From: Callorhinchus milii
Taxonomy: Eukaryota
Assembly: GCF_018977255.1 (NCBI RefSeq)
Contig: NW_024704743.1
Span: 72,914,001 to 72,978,000, forward strand
Length of the DNA: 64,000 nt
Direction of reading: 5' to 3'
Made by a program: the position numbers and the translations under genes
The notes under the pieces: model-generated
Databases searched by the model: none
Seen by the model: the letters and a program-made list of their open reading frames with translations, nothing else
Told to the model about the DNA's origin: nothing
In this document: positions 40,701-55,700 of the stretch, in pieces
Position numbering within the stretch: the stretch's first letter is position 1
How the letters are laid out: the number at the start of each line of letters is the position of its first letter

Positions 40701-43700
40701 TGAGCAGTTTGCTCTGCCTGATTTTATTTTGCCAAACACAACTTGCATTGATGTGGTCTTCAGTCACATACTTGTCCGCACTACCCATGTTGATAAAATG
40801 ATAACATAGATTCAATTCCATAATGTTGATGAAATGATAACATAGATGCAATTCCATAGAGGAATATAGTTGCATGCATTTCATTTTGGGTCATCCTGTT
40901 TATCACAAAACCCGATGATCGGTCACAAGTATCCAAGGTAGAGCCTATAAAGTTTTTTTTGCATATGATGCTAATAAGTTCTGCATTTAGTCATGCAGGG
41001 GTCCATATCCGAATCTTGTTTTCCTAATTTGTGTGAACACTTCTAAGGTGATTAATGCGTAATCCGACAGCATGCTGGCAATGCAGATAAATTGCATAAT
41101 GGTTCTCAAGGTGATTATTTCATTGTAGTTGGTTGGCTCAATCTAATTTGTTGGAGAAGTTGTATTCTCACTCTATTGATAAATTGTGTAATCATTCAGT
41201 AAAATTGTATTCAATTCTCACTCTAATTTCTACCTGCCATGCCTGCTGGGCCTCATTCACTCTCCCATCCCACTCTATTTAATTTGTAAATTCTTGCAAA
41301 AAATCTTAAAGCTTTCCAGGTAGTGCATTCTAAATCTGTTCTTCATTAATTGTCATAATTTGTTAGTATCTAAAATTATTGCGATTATTGAGTATCTGAA
41401 ACATCTGACATACATGATGAAATTACTGTAGAAACTACGCTTCATATATATCTGCTACGCCAGTCTACCAAAATTCCTTAAATCTGACAACTTTACAATC
41501 ATTGTAAATAATGGCATTGCCCTGAAGTGAAATTCCTTTGAATCAGAACAAATTTGGTCTCAACTGGCATTAAAACATTCTGAGGCATTAGTGTGATGAC
41601 TGCATTACTTCATTCTGCCTGGAGACCAGAACACAAAACTAATTCTGCAGAGATCAATTCCAGCAACTAGTCTCATTCTTCATCAACAACTTGCGTTTAA
41701 AGAAATTTATATACTTTGAGAATCTACCCTGCGTGAAGTGCTTGATGTTGAACCAGAGAGAGCGGAGGTGACCGTAGGCATGATTGAAGAGGAAAGTCTT
41801 CAGGTGTAATCTAAATAGTTCTGCACAATCATAAAACTTAAAGCTAGTAATCCAAGACTACCCCTGGCAAATTCCTCTATTGTCAGGCGAAACTTGAGTC
41901 ATTCCTTCCCACAAGCAAAACTTTTTTTGAATATTTTAAACTCCAGCGCCTTGGGAAGTCCTCCCGACATGAAAGGCGCTCTATAAATGAAATCTTGTTG
42001 TTGTTGTTGTTGTTGTTGCATGATAGGCGTGCAAATCCAACTATCAGCATAGACAGTAGTACAAAGAACTCATAAAGTGTTATACGAAAATAAATCATAA
42101 ACACGAAATAAAGTCTTTGGAAACAAAGGATTTAAGTTATTAGCTGATGAGATAGATGTGGCTGTGGGGCTGATAGATCAATGGTCGCTATGCAAAATTG
42201 TTAAAACTTTTCAACCAGCAGTGTAATTATGGAAAATTAGAATTCAGCCTCGGCTTCACATTACTTTTAACAGGATTTAATATCATTCAGAACACCACAG
42301 CCCGCATTACCTCCCACACAAGGCTTCACAAGCCCATCATCCCCATCCTTGCCAAGCCTCTTATCTTCCAGGGGATTGACTTTAAGATCCTCGTTCCTAC
42401 CTTCAAATATCTCTACAGCTTTTCCCCCATCCAATTTCTGTGAGCTCTTGCAGTTCTACCTGTTGGATTCCCTCTACACCACTAACCCTGACCTGTTTCA
42501 TGTCCCATGTCCCATTATTAGGGACAGGGGACATGAAGGTAAGTTGTCAGTCACTTTACTCCCATTCTCTGCAACTTTCTTCCTGAAACCCTCTGCAGCT
42601 CCCCCTCTGTCTTCCACTTATCCACTCATTGCATATTGGCTATTTTCGGGCTTGTTTCCCAGTATTATTTTATTCTTCTTACTTTTATAAATAGCGATGT
42701 TATTGATGATGTACTGAGAGGAAATGAGACAAACGCTGCCTTTGTGTACAGCTAAATCAGCTGCTTAGAACAAAGTCTCAGGATAAACTGTGTGATTTTC
42801 CAACAGAAATATAGCAGCAGCAGGATTATAATATTAATTAATTCTATATGAAATACAAGTTTATTTGCAAGCCATCATTTTTTTATTGTGCTCATTAACA
42901 TGGGTCCCATCTGCCTTGTAATTCAGGCATTAAAGGACCTAACCCCTGCCAGTATTTCAAAGAAACAGTTCTTCCTTTTGGCTATTCTTGTTTATATTGC
43001 ATCCACATCCAAATTAATTGGCTACTTGTATCTCATTGCTGTTATGGGGAACCTGGCTCGTTTGCCCACCTAGCAGTATTAATCTTATTTTGTAAAGTGC
43101 TTTGAGAGGTTTCTTTTATGTGAATACAATACACTGTAAAGGCTGTTGAACAACAGAAGGCAACATGAGCTGAACAAAATTCCCTTTTTTCTCACATTTA
43201 TGTCATTTGGCAACTGCAACCCCTACAAACGGGATAGATTTTTGGCATAATTACAATCAATGAGTGGCATCAAGAATAACTGTATGCAACTTTTTGGTAC
43301 AAATATGCTGACCATCACTTGCCCTGTGATTCACTATCCACAACTCTCTTCACTGATCAACATGGCTGAGAGCTGATGGATACGTTTGAATTAATAGTAA
43401 TTCAGCTGTGTGCCTGGGAATTGAGCAAAAAATTTACTCCATATGCCCATGTTTGCCTAGCAGTAAGTAGTCAATTGGCAGTTGTTAGTCGATTGGTGGA
43501 TCGCTTTTCCGAGGATAATAATCCCTCAAACAAAAATTTGGTCACTCAATCCACGACTGATTGTGGGACACTGCTGTGCGCAATTGGCTGCTGCATTTCT
43601 CCCACAATTAGTCAATTCACTTTACAGTATATTCTGTGAAGCGCTTTGAGACGTCTAGAAGACATGAGAAATGCTATATCAAAAGCAAGGATTATTATTA

Positions 43701-46700
43701 TTACTAAAACCATAGATAGTTACTTAGATGTCCTCAATCACTGCACTACATTCAAACAAACCCATTAATGGAGCATCCTGTTAAAATGCATACTTCAGGC
43801 AAAAAAAAACTCTTGACATTTTTAAATCTAGGTCAAATTTAGATTATTCTAATTTATAACTATTGTGTAAATTGATTTCAAAATGGTTTGAAAGATCATT
43901 TTAAAACCAGAAGAAACGAGGCTTATATAATATACAAAAATTGAGCAATCAATGCCCTAAATCTTGTGTATGTATAATTCTTGATATTAATGTTATGGAT
44001 GTTCTTCAATTGTTTCTAAATGCAATTTCTGAAACACCTTTCACCAGCCTCCCTTAGCTCTCCCCTCTGTAAGCTCCAGCTCATCCTGATGGTGCTCTTC
44101 TGTATTAGGGTACACATGCCCAACCTTACCAGGCTTTACGGTCTCTCGTTTCCTAGTAGAAGAATTACAAAATCCTTATGTTGATCTTCAAATCCGTCAA
44201 TGGCCCTTGCCATCTCCTCCAAACCATTCTTCCACTCACTCTATGCTCCTCAAACTACACATCCAATTCCACCTCCAACTCATTCATGGCCAAGCTATGA
44301 CCACTATGCCACACTGACTGAGACTCCCTCCCAAAAATTTCTGATTCACATCTGAAAAATTCTTCAAAACAACAACTTTTTTTAAAATCATGATTTCAGC
44401 TACCTTCCCCCCTTCCTCCATCTTGCTTAGTGTCTCACACCATCCACATAAAATGTTTTGACAGGTGCTATACGTAAGAGCAAGTTAAGTACCGTGCAGT
44501 AAAGCAGGAAGTCACATTGATGTAATCAACCAGAAGTCAGCATTTTAGTATGAAAAGCTGCCCAGCTCACAGGAAATAAGCAGATTAGCTGTGCATGTGA
44601 GCGAGGAATAGGGTTCACAATGCAACTATGCAAATTTATAAGCAAATTTACACAAACGTGGCTGCTATATGTTTCCATGCGGGTAGCACAACTAGTTTGT
44701 CTAAAACTTTGTTTTAAAAAAATCCTTGAACAAAAACATAGTGCCTCCAAATTTCAGTTCCTATTTAGCTCAAGAAAGGAGGAAGAAAGTCTTAACAGAA
44801 CTAGAAATCCAAACAATAATTTCAGATACTTCCTCCCTACCTTGTCCAATCAGGTGTTGGTAAATTAAGTGAAAATCATGAATTGAATCAGTACAAACCC
44901 TTTTGTAAGAACATATTTAAGTCACCAACTAATATAAGCAAAGGATTCATTAACATCTAATGAATATAATAATGTTTGCATTTGATTTAGCACCTTATCA
45001 AGCCTTCAAGATGTCTCAAAGCGCTTCACAGAATATACTGTAAGGTTTAGTGACAGTATTTTGTGGGCGAAATATGGCAGCCAATTGAACACCACAGTGT
45101 CCCACAAACAGTTATGGATTGAGTGACCAAATTATTATTATATTTTAATTTAATTTTGAAGGGATTATTACCCCGGAAAGCGATTCACCAATCAACTATT
45201 TTTAATACAAAAGGATAGAGTATTGGTGACAAAAATGACTATGAATTCCTTAAACACTGTAACCAATGACACTCTATAATCAATATGAGGCACATTGCAG
45301 CAAGGGAAACAAAAGCAAGAACTTAGTGCCTTATTATATTGAGGCATCAAAAGGACTTCACAGTAATTGCTGGCATGCATAGCAACCATTTCCATAAGCA
45401 TACAAAGGTTTGTCTTTCTCTTCCCCTCTCCAAAGATGGAAAGTCTATTTGAAGTGGTGAGAAAGCAACACAAGCTGTTCAAGAACACATAAACTAACTA
45501 CTTAAGATGGTAAAATACTTAACAATTGCTCCTTGAAACATGTGGCCTTTTTCCACTTCAAATGTTTTTCCCCTTCACCCAAGTTAAGCACTCTTTTATT
45601 TGATATAATCACAGAACACATAACACCAACTTGTACCACCATAAAATGAAGGAGTATCTTTTTATTCATGAAAATTCAAATGTAAACATTCCAATACCAC
45701 TACTAGCGACACATGGACTAAACAGCTATCCATCTGACTTCTCCCTTGTTGCTTAAATTCCCTCTATTGTTCAATACTTTTAATATTAGCAATGGATGTA
45801 GATTAACAAGATGATCGCTTGGGATCCATGTATGATTGGTGAATCCTGATTGCTCTTTGATGCAGTTTTCAAACTACATAAATCTGTGTGGAGATTTATT
45901 TTCCAAAATACTTTTATTAAATGATCACTTTTATTTACTGGTCTTGGGGGTATATCGACAACAATGCCAAAAAAAAATATTTTAAACCTGTTAATATAGC
46001 AAAGTAAGTAATTTTTAGGTCCATCGGTTTTCATTAAGAAAATTAGACACTAAATTATACCAGGAGAAAAAACAAATGGTAAAATAAATACTGCACCTGG
46101 TTTATCATTGCCAATCTTTGTATTAGGTAGACCACAGGCTACAACCAAACCTAGTCAAATGTGAACTCTTCACTTCTTCCCATTATTCAACACTCACTCA
46201 AAATAGCCACATACATTCAAAAAATACTTTTTTAATGTGCACAATTAACACACATTTCTCCAGGTTGAGTTAATGTTCATGTTAAACCATTTTTATACAA
46301 TCTTGGACTTTCTCTGCCTCCTTCCCATTTTGAACAACCAAAAGGTATTATTTTCAAATAGATTATTTTTAATAGTTTATATAGGAAGCAGTTGGGATAT
46401 TGATGACATGACAATTTAAGTGATAGTGATGAGTTAAGCCGCGGTCAAGTAATTCAGAATTTACGGTATTTATTTCTATAACTTCTCATATTTATCTGTA
46501 TCTGGTTGACTCTAGTTGGATTACTTTATCACCAGCCAATTGAAATCCCCTCTGAATAATTATCACATGACATTTTCTATAGCATCTCTCTACCCTACCC
46601 ACTCACCTTGGGGGATGAGAAGGAAAAGAGTGTCAACAGTTAACAATTACTATTTTGATGCCCTGAGGGTTTTTTTTAATCTAGATTGCTTCTATCATCT

Positions 46701-49700
46701 GGATTCCATTCTTTCTCTCAATCACAGTGCTTTTCTGTCTTACCGTAAACTATGCAAAACATATTATGCCATATTAGTTCCATCTCATAGCCATCTTCCA
46801 TTCTCAGCCATGTTTCTGTCATGTTCGATTTTCACTGACTGCACAAGCCTAGAGTATCTTCCTGATACTTCTCACAGTAGCATAAAGCATCAGAATAACC
46901 TTTAATGCATTCCTTCATATCCAGGATACTTTGTACTTCACACGGTAAAGGGATGAAAAATAATACAAATTTACATTTTTATAACGCTTTTCACATCGGG
47001 AGATCATCCCAAGGTGCTGAAAGAACATCTCAAGACACAAAATCTCTCTCTCGCAGTTTATTCTTCTCTAACAAAGCATTCTCCCCCTCGTCCACTTTCC
47101 CTTTATATGTAGTTTAAAGGAATCTTAATTGCTGTATTCTTGAATTGTATAATTCTAGCTCCTATCCAGACACATGCATTCCATTCATTTGAATAAATTC
47201 TATCATCTGAATATTCCCCAGTTAACTCTGAATTTCATTCCAGCCTTCGAACAGAGTGATCGCCAGTCAGCACTTCCTTATTGTGATCGATCACATGAAT
47301 AATCATGTCGCCTCTGAGCATTCAGAAAGAAACCTGGTGGGCTTACACTAAATAACAACAGACTTCCGGGTCATCAGGTGCCACTAATGTCACTTCTGTC
47401 TCTCTAACGGACTGAACAGTGTGTATTTTTGGTGTTAAGTTCAACCCTTTGCTCTCTTTTCTCCCCCACATCTGTTCCAAGATCAAGACCACTTATTAGA
47501 ACGTTTGTCATATCACCCATCTCTGTGAGCCTTGCCAGCCTCCCCAGCTCTACCATCCACAAGCTTCCGCTCATCCAAAACGCAATCACCCACATGCTTA
47601 CTACTATGAAGCTTCCCTTGCCCATCACCCCCATCCTTGACAGACTCCCCATCTCCCAGCAAATTGACTTCAAGATATTCACTCTCACCTACAATCCCCT
47701 CAACGCCCTCGCAACTCCCTATCCCTGTGATCTTGACTCAAAAACACCAATGTAGCAAAATACTGAATTGAAGGTTCGCCTCAATTATAAACTCGTGTGA
47801 TATTATATACTAATATCAAATATTAAATAATAAGATGGATTTTCCCCATCTTAACTCATCATTCTTCACTTCTATATCCTCCACCTTCCTCTAGAAAGGT
47901 TTTACAAAGGTAATCATCTCTTCAAAACTCACCTCCCATTTAACTCATTGTTAAGTTCTCTATTACAATGGTTTACTTAGCTCATTCCTGCCCATTCATC
48001 ACCTCCATCATTTTGCTCCCTGATTGCATCTCATCATTGACAGTGCTTATCTAAAGTTGAATGGTCTTAGTTCTGCAATAGATACCTGGGGAATGGAATT
48101 ATTCTAGAAAGAAATTAAAAGCTGTATATTTCATGACAGTCCATTTCCTGGCTAGAAATAATTCATATAATTTCTCACAAGATGGTGTGTTAGACGCTCA
48201 CTTACCGTTCCTCGTTGCGACGCTTTCTATCCTCTTGCTGCTTGGCCCATCGCTCTTCATCCTGGTTAGAACTATGAACGGTAAAGCAGAGAACATTTTC
48301 TCAGTTCCCAGTTGTGTTTCTCATTATTTATCAGGCAATAAGTTATTTGTGCACTTGATTTATCCTCTCCAATCTTAATATCCTTATAGTGGTTTATTAA
48401 GCAGATTGAAGAGATTCTGATGCAAGGTCAGCCTCAAACTGTTAACTTCTCTCTGGATTTCAGATTTACAATGTTTGATGATTTTAAAATAATCTATTCA
48501 AATTTTACTGCATTTACAGGATGAAGCATTTTCAATTCTATTTATTGCACAAACGATCATCCTATCAACTCAGTAAGTGCACTTAAGTATCAGCTCTATC
48601 ATCTCAGCTATATACATTTAAATTTTCATACAGTTCCAAGAACAAAACTGACAGGATCAAGCCCCACCTCCCCCCAAAAAAGTTTGAAATTTGCTCAAAT
48701 AGTTGCCTATCTAAATGATGCCAATAATACACATAATCTTTAGATTTGTGACAAATGCTTCAAACAGAACAAAATTGGATCAGTCTGCTTTTGGCAAGTC
48801 TGATACAATCAGTTAATAATTTACAAAAATAACCACAGCACTTTAATTGACCATTTAGCAGGCTTATAAACTCCATTTAATTTTACAACAGGAGGCCTGC
48901 GGCATAAAACCGGTGCATAGAGGAGAGAAAGGTGTTGCACGATGTGGATATAATCCGATTATGAAAAATAGGTCATCATCAGTTTCACATACTATGGTCT
49001 AACTGCAGCAAATTAGCAAAGTCTGGTTCATAGATCTTATGTCAACCAATGGCTCGCTGAAAGCTGTTTGGCCTGAGAAATCTATTTCATTGATTAAATA
49101 TTTAGTTAAATCTCTTCAATATGCTACATTCACTGGGAGAAAGGGAGGAGAAGAATATTCTCCAGAAATGTTGCTTATCATAAATAAGACGGGCACATTT
49201 TTTTTGATTCAGACCGCATCACAGCAAATGGCCAGAATGGTTCCAAAAGACAATTACCCGCGGAATTTCTTCTTGCAGCAACAGTAGCAGCAGCAACATA
49301 TCAAGGGCAGCAGTATGAGTCCTCCAACTACAGACATGGCAATAATCAAGGATTCAAAGTTCACTGTGTGGGAAGAGAGATGAACAGAATTAATTTAAAG
49401 ATGAATGTAATCCAGTAAAATCATTAAAATAGTTTTCCGATCACATTTCTTCAGAGCACTTATGTTTAGTACTTTTAAGAACACCTAAAGACGAGATAAA
49501 ATTCGCCATTTACTGGATGGCTCTTTGTGGGACACTTGAGGGTGTCCGCAACCTGATCCTTAGCCCCCATCGCCTCACACAAAATTACTATTATTAATAA
49601 TATTCATTATTGTAGCTGCACTCGGGCGAACAGTTATAGAAGGTTGGGTGGAGTGAAAAGACAAAGAGGAGGATATTTCAGTATCTGCCATTTTAGTTTA

Positions 49701-52700
49701 AGTAAATCGAACCAAGATGAAAGATTTTGAGAAATGTTCCTTTTTCCCTTAAAAAGTATTCCTCCAATCAAATGGAATTTTAAAAATAGATTTTGTTTCA
49801 ATAAATGGCAACTTTTTCTTTTAAACATGCCACTCTCTCTCCGTCTTCTCCGTGTCAAACACCATTCAGAACTCAGGCAGCACGCAGTCAATCATTCACA
49901 ATTCAGCCAGCAGGCAGTCAATCATTCAAAACTAAGGCGATGCCCAGTCAATCATTCACAACCGAGGCAGCACGCAGTCAGTTTGCTCTGAAGCCTCGGC
50001 CAATATTGCTCCAAACCAGCTGCTAGCAAGTATACGAGGGATCAGGGGCAGTATCCTGCTCAATTCCTGCTGGGAAACATCTGGCCTCTGTTTGGCACTT
50101 CACGACAATGAAAGGCCCAGATAGTTAAATTAAACAAAAAAAAATCACTTTTGCATACAAATTCAAATGCTGCAAGCCTTTCAGCAAACTACCCTATCCT
50201 CTGGAGATAGAAATGGTGAAGGTGTTTCAGTATTCCCAACACCTGAGAGATGTGCAATCTAACTTCCGAAATTATTATAATGAAAATGCTCAAAACTTCA
50301 ATTTAGAGTAGAAGAAAATGCCATTAAAGCTCGATATTTTTAGTAATTGGTCAAAAGGCTTGTTAAGCATGGTAACTCCAGAAATTCAATGCTACTATTA
50401 ATGGTGCAAAAGCAGTTTTATTTTTTAAAAATTCTATATCTCAAGTCAAGACATGAGTGCATACTAAAAGCTGGTTATCTCTCTTTACAAGCTCCTCAAT
50501 AAAATATATTCAATCATCCAACAGATTCTCTCATTGTTATTCACATTTTAAGAATACCCTTCACTGTTATTGTCTCACTTAGTTACTTATTTTGGTCTCT
50601 GACGCATGGTGTTATTTGGCTTATTCGATAATTACAAAAGCATTTCTGGTATACTAAACCACAATTTATGTCTGTGGAAAGGATTCACATTGAATGGTTT
50701 CATTTCCTTATTCTGCTTCAGCAACTCTACTCTGTGTTCTATTAGATTACTCGATGTAAACATTATTACCCAGGACAAAAGTGTACACAGGGCAAATAGG
50801 GCAATATGAGGAAGGGGAAATCAAGGTGAGCAAAGCACAGCATCAAATAAAACAAAGAGAAAAAGGGATTAAAAAAAAGACTCAAAAGAGGAAAATGTGT
50901 GAAAAAGATAAAGGGAGGACGAAGAAAGGAAATAGCGTAGAAAAAAACAGAATATGTATTTATATATCATTACCCAGATTATCAAAAAGGAAAGTGGATA
51001 ATTTTTGGCACTGATAACTGCAGAGGTGCCAGACTTCATTGCCCTAGCAGAGACCTGGCTGCACCTGAGGCAACACAGTGAACTATCTGGATTTAGAAAC
51101 TTCGGTGGGGGGGAGAAGACGCTTTACTTCTAAGAGATTCTACAGAAATTATAGAAGGGAGGGATATTGTAGAGGAGAATGTGAAATCAGACTCGCTGGA
51201 TGGAAATTAGGAACAGTAAAGAAGCAATAACTTGGATGGGTGTCATTATAGGAGCAACGTTTTTTTAAAAAAACAGAAGGGCTAGGAGACATTACAAAAA
51301 AAGCCTGGCTGGGAATATTAAAAATAATACTATATACTTTTATAAGTACATTAATGGTATGAGGATAGTCAAGGAAAAGCAAAGCCACAACAAGATAAGG
51401 AAGATAATGTGGTACTTGAGCATTAACTATTAGCAGGGATGTTTAATAAATATTCAGTGTTTACACAAAACCAGGGTATTAGCAATGTAGAAATTTGAAA
51501 AGGAATAAAGTGAAAAAGATAGGTAAAAAGGAGAAAAAGGTTAAAGTAAATTTCCAGGTCTCAATGGGATGTGTCCAAGAATAACTGAGAGAACTCAATA
51601 ACAAGACCAAAAAGCATTTATATAGGGTCCTTCACGTGGGTTAGCGTTCTGGAGTGCTTGACAATGGGGGAGAGGGAGGCAGGAGGTGACCGTAAACGCA
51701 ATCAAAAACGAAGGTCTTTAGGCAGGATTTGAAAGTGGGGAGGGAGCAAGGCGGAGAATTGAGGGAAAGAGTTGAAATAAGACAAACCCTGACCATCATT
51801 TCCCAGACGTCTGTAGATACAGGGATTACCCAAAGGACGGGAAAGTGGTAAACATTACTCCATTGTTTAGGAAAGGGAAGAAAAGCCAGAGAACTATAGG
51901 CCAGTGAGTCTCATGTTCGTTTTAGGGAAGCTGCTTGTGGTCATGATAAGGGATGTTGTTGTGGAACATTCAGAAAAGATGGAATTAATATTAATATTAA
52001 AACCAGCATAGTATTGTAAAGGGAAGATCACATCTAATTTGATTTAATGATTTGAAAAGACAACCTAAAATATGGATAAAGGAAATGCTTTTATGCATGA
52101 ATGCACAGTAAATACAGAAGTGCTGACCGACAATTGCTCCATTATTATAATAGTGGTGGGGATTTTATGGACCCTCATCCACCATGCTATAATGAGTTTC
52201 AACTGCATATCAATCATCTGGATCCAGGAGTTGAGGGAATCATATCCAAATTTGCAATAAATATTAAAATTAAACAGAGACGAAGAGTGCAGAAAGATAT
52301 AGGACGATACTGACAGATTAGTGGAGTGGGCAAATTGATGGAAAATAGAGTTCAATGTAGAAACATGTGAAATAATGCATTTTGGCAGAAGGAATGGGGA
52401 GCAGAATTTTACTCTGGGTGGGTAGAACTCTCAGTGGAGTAGAATAACAATGGGATCCATTAAAAGTGGGATAGCAGGTAAAGAAGGATGTTAAGAAGGC
52501 AAACAGGATTCTGAGTTTTACACACAGATCCAGTGAATACAAAATAAAGTGATGATTATTCAATTCTAGACATCAGTTAAGTGACAGCTAAAATAGTGTA
52601 CTTTTGTGCGCCATATTACAGAAATTATATTAGGGCTGTAGAGACGGTGCAGTGTGGGCTCATGAGGATGACACTGGTGATGAAAGGATATGGTAAGAGG

Positions 52701-55700
52701 ATTGGATAGAGAGTTTAGAACTCTTCCTGTTGAACTAGAGAAGTTGAGGTGTTGAGAGGTGTTAAGGATAATAATCCCTTAAAACAAATAATTTGGTGAC
52801 TCAATCCACAGATGTTTGTGGGACACCGCTGTGTGCAATGGATGCTGCGTTTAGCCCATAAAATATAGTCAATTCACTTTACAGTATATTCTGCGAAGTA
52901 CTTGGAGACATCTCAAAGATGTAATAAGGCACTATAACAAATGCAAGTATTATTATTATAAAAACAGCAAACCAAGTCTAATGAGGCAATCCTGATGGAA
53001 GGTTAAGCTTTGTGTGGTGCAGTGATGCCACCTGGTGCATTTGACAGAACTTGCAGGAAACAAATGTATCCATGTTGTACTATTGAATTAGTTGAATCAT
53101 TATTAGGTAATGTAGTTTATTTAACAGCCGTTGGGTTAAATAAGAGCAAGACAACTTTTTCCATCCTCCGGTGCCTTGTTTATGTCATTAGGTTGCATTT
53201 CTTATTCTAGTCTAAGATTGAACTTAGTCTCACTATGTGATTGTCATATGTCCAAGAATAACTGTAATATGACAATCACTACAGAAAGCACATTTTTAAA
53301 AAAAAATAATTCCAAATGAAACATTTCAATACGTTTCATTCAGCATAAACATAAATTTGTAAAAGCAATACACAATTTAATAACTTAAGGTTGCTTTTTG
53401 TAGAAGCCAATGGAATGATCTATGATAGGTGGTCCAGTACTTCATTCAAGATCTTGTCTCAAATTCTTGTTCTACAATGAATCATGTGTTTTGGTGAAAT
53501 GTGGTATATAGTTATAATCTGAGCAGTTTTAAAGAATAAAGTCTGAGATCCAGTCACTTTACGCAACAGCTATTTTTAAAAAGGTCAAGTCTAAAACCAG
53601 ATAAGATAATACGACTCAGGTAATTGGAATCTCAGCTCTTCGAAAATCACACCTATTATGACATGACCTCTTTGTGGCAATATAAAATGCCACCCAAAGG
53701 TCTCCTTCATGATCCCAAGTTCCTGGGCATGCAACAGATGGGCCCAATTGTGAAGTCCAGGAACAAGCAATTAGGTGGATTTGTGGTAAAAAGATGAAGC
53801 AGTTTCAGAAAAGGTAAGGCTCCGATGTACACTGACTTGCTGCTGAGGAGGAGTCAAGAGTCAGCTTCACAGCAGGTACATCTATTTGCCAAAAGTCCCT
53901 CATGAGGACCCAGATTAAACAACAACAATATGATCTCTGGAACCTCAATGTGCCTGGCACATCACAAGCTGCTCTACATACATCTTCCCAGAAGATGGCA
54001 AATGTCCATAGAATAGCTGATGAGGAAACTCAAAGGTTTGGGATGACAGCTGCTGGATGGCATTCACTTGAGTCCAGATTGATGAACACATGCTCAAGTA
54101 TCCAAGGTTTGATATCCACATTGGTATGCAGAGAGGTAAGCAGCTGCTGCTCAAGCTCTGCACTTCCAACTGGTGGAACAACATTCAATGGGTAGGCTAC
54201 ATGTCCGAGCTGTGGTTAGGAAGATGGTGACAATGCTCTCGCATATTTTATGCTGAGGTGTGCCGCTTACCCAGGAAGCTCACTAGAGTTCCTGCTACCT
54301 GGTATCCACCGAATGAGGGCTCAAACCTGTTCTTTGTAAATAGCTTCAGATGTCAAATGACCAACTGATTATTCCCATCTGGGGGTGAGAGAAAAGGAGT
54401 AAGCGGTGTCTCCTCAAAGCTGAGCTGGCTCCAAGGTGACATGCTTAGCAATGGAATGTCGGAATCGAGTCAATGCTCTATTATAATAATAATAATCCTT
54501 TAGATTAAAGATTAAGAAAGAAAATGACAAGAACAAAAAATATTCTTACTCCAGCAGACTCCCCAGCGAGCTTCGCGTAAGGGACATACTGAACTTGGAG
54601 GAATTATGTTCCCAACAGGATATTTCACACAGCTCTCGTCAGAAAAACACCAGAGACACTGAAAGACAAAATATGAATAAGGTCATTAAAACTAGAAATA
54701 TATGAAAAGACTCAAATTAATCACCCAACAAACTAAACTTTTTAACAAGTAAAGCCAGTGTGGGTTGGATCCATTAATCAAATCTGGATCACTTTGATAG
54801 CTACCTCAAATCACTTACAAAGAAAGAAAAATGTACTGTGTTTTCAAAGTTTTTTAAAAAAAATACAGCATGATTTGCTACAAAACCTAGGACATTGCAA
54901 GACTTGTTTCGGGTCAGCGTTTACACACTGTCAGCCAGGGGAAGCCAGCATTAGAAACATCAAAAATTAGTGACATTATTGCTGAGTTCTGATTGAAAAT
55001 GGAAGTTTAAGTAACCTCAACAAAATTCCCCAATCACTGCAAACTCAGATTTGCATTAATCACACTAATTTGGCACCACTGATTGAGCAGTAAAACGTTT
55101 TAAGGTTCTTATACCAAGGTACTAAGATACTGTTGAAAGAACACATGGCACCTCCAAATTTATAAGTGAGCACAGACTGTGAGTATCAACAAGCTAATTG
55201 AATGCAGAGGTCATGAGAGCAAAACTCAATCCTGTCCTCCCTGAACATCCAATCATAAATACTGTATTTTCCAGCAGAGGATAGAAAGTGTTTTTCATAT
55301 TCCTTTCCAGCTCTGGTAAGAGGGATGGGGTAATATTTCTAGTAGTCCTACTGAGCTGAGATCAGCTAATTCACTACAGATTGCAATTTGCATTAGCAAC
55401 ATAATAATAATAATCCTTGCATTCCATATACCATTTCTAGACATCTCAAAGACTGTAAAGTGAATTGACTGTATATTTTGTGGGCAAAACACCAGAGACA
55501 ATTGACCACAGTAATGTTCCACGAGTAGTTGTGGATTGAATGAAGACATTAGTCTTCTGTGGATGCAGACATCTTGGAAATTTATAAATCCTAAAAATTT
55601 GCATATTTCCTCTGTCTTCTTTCCTAGACATCACTGGACACCATCCTATCCCTGATATACATGTAAATAAACGGCTAGACATTTTTGTACAAACTGTTTT

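Noticed and set aside
49861..49980. 30-bp and 28-bp repeats (also 63251-63334) as CRISPR-like arrays
   Set aside because: Head-to-tail repeats with no unique spacers, in a eukaryotic context.
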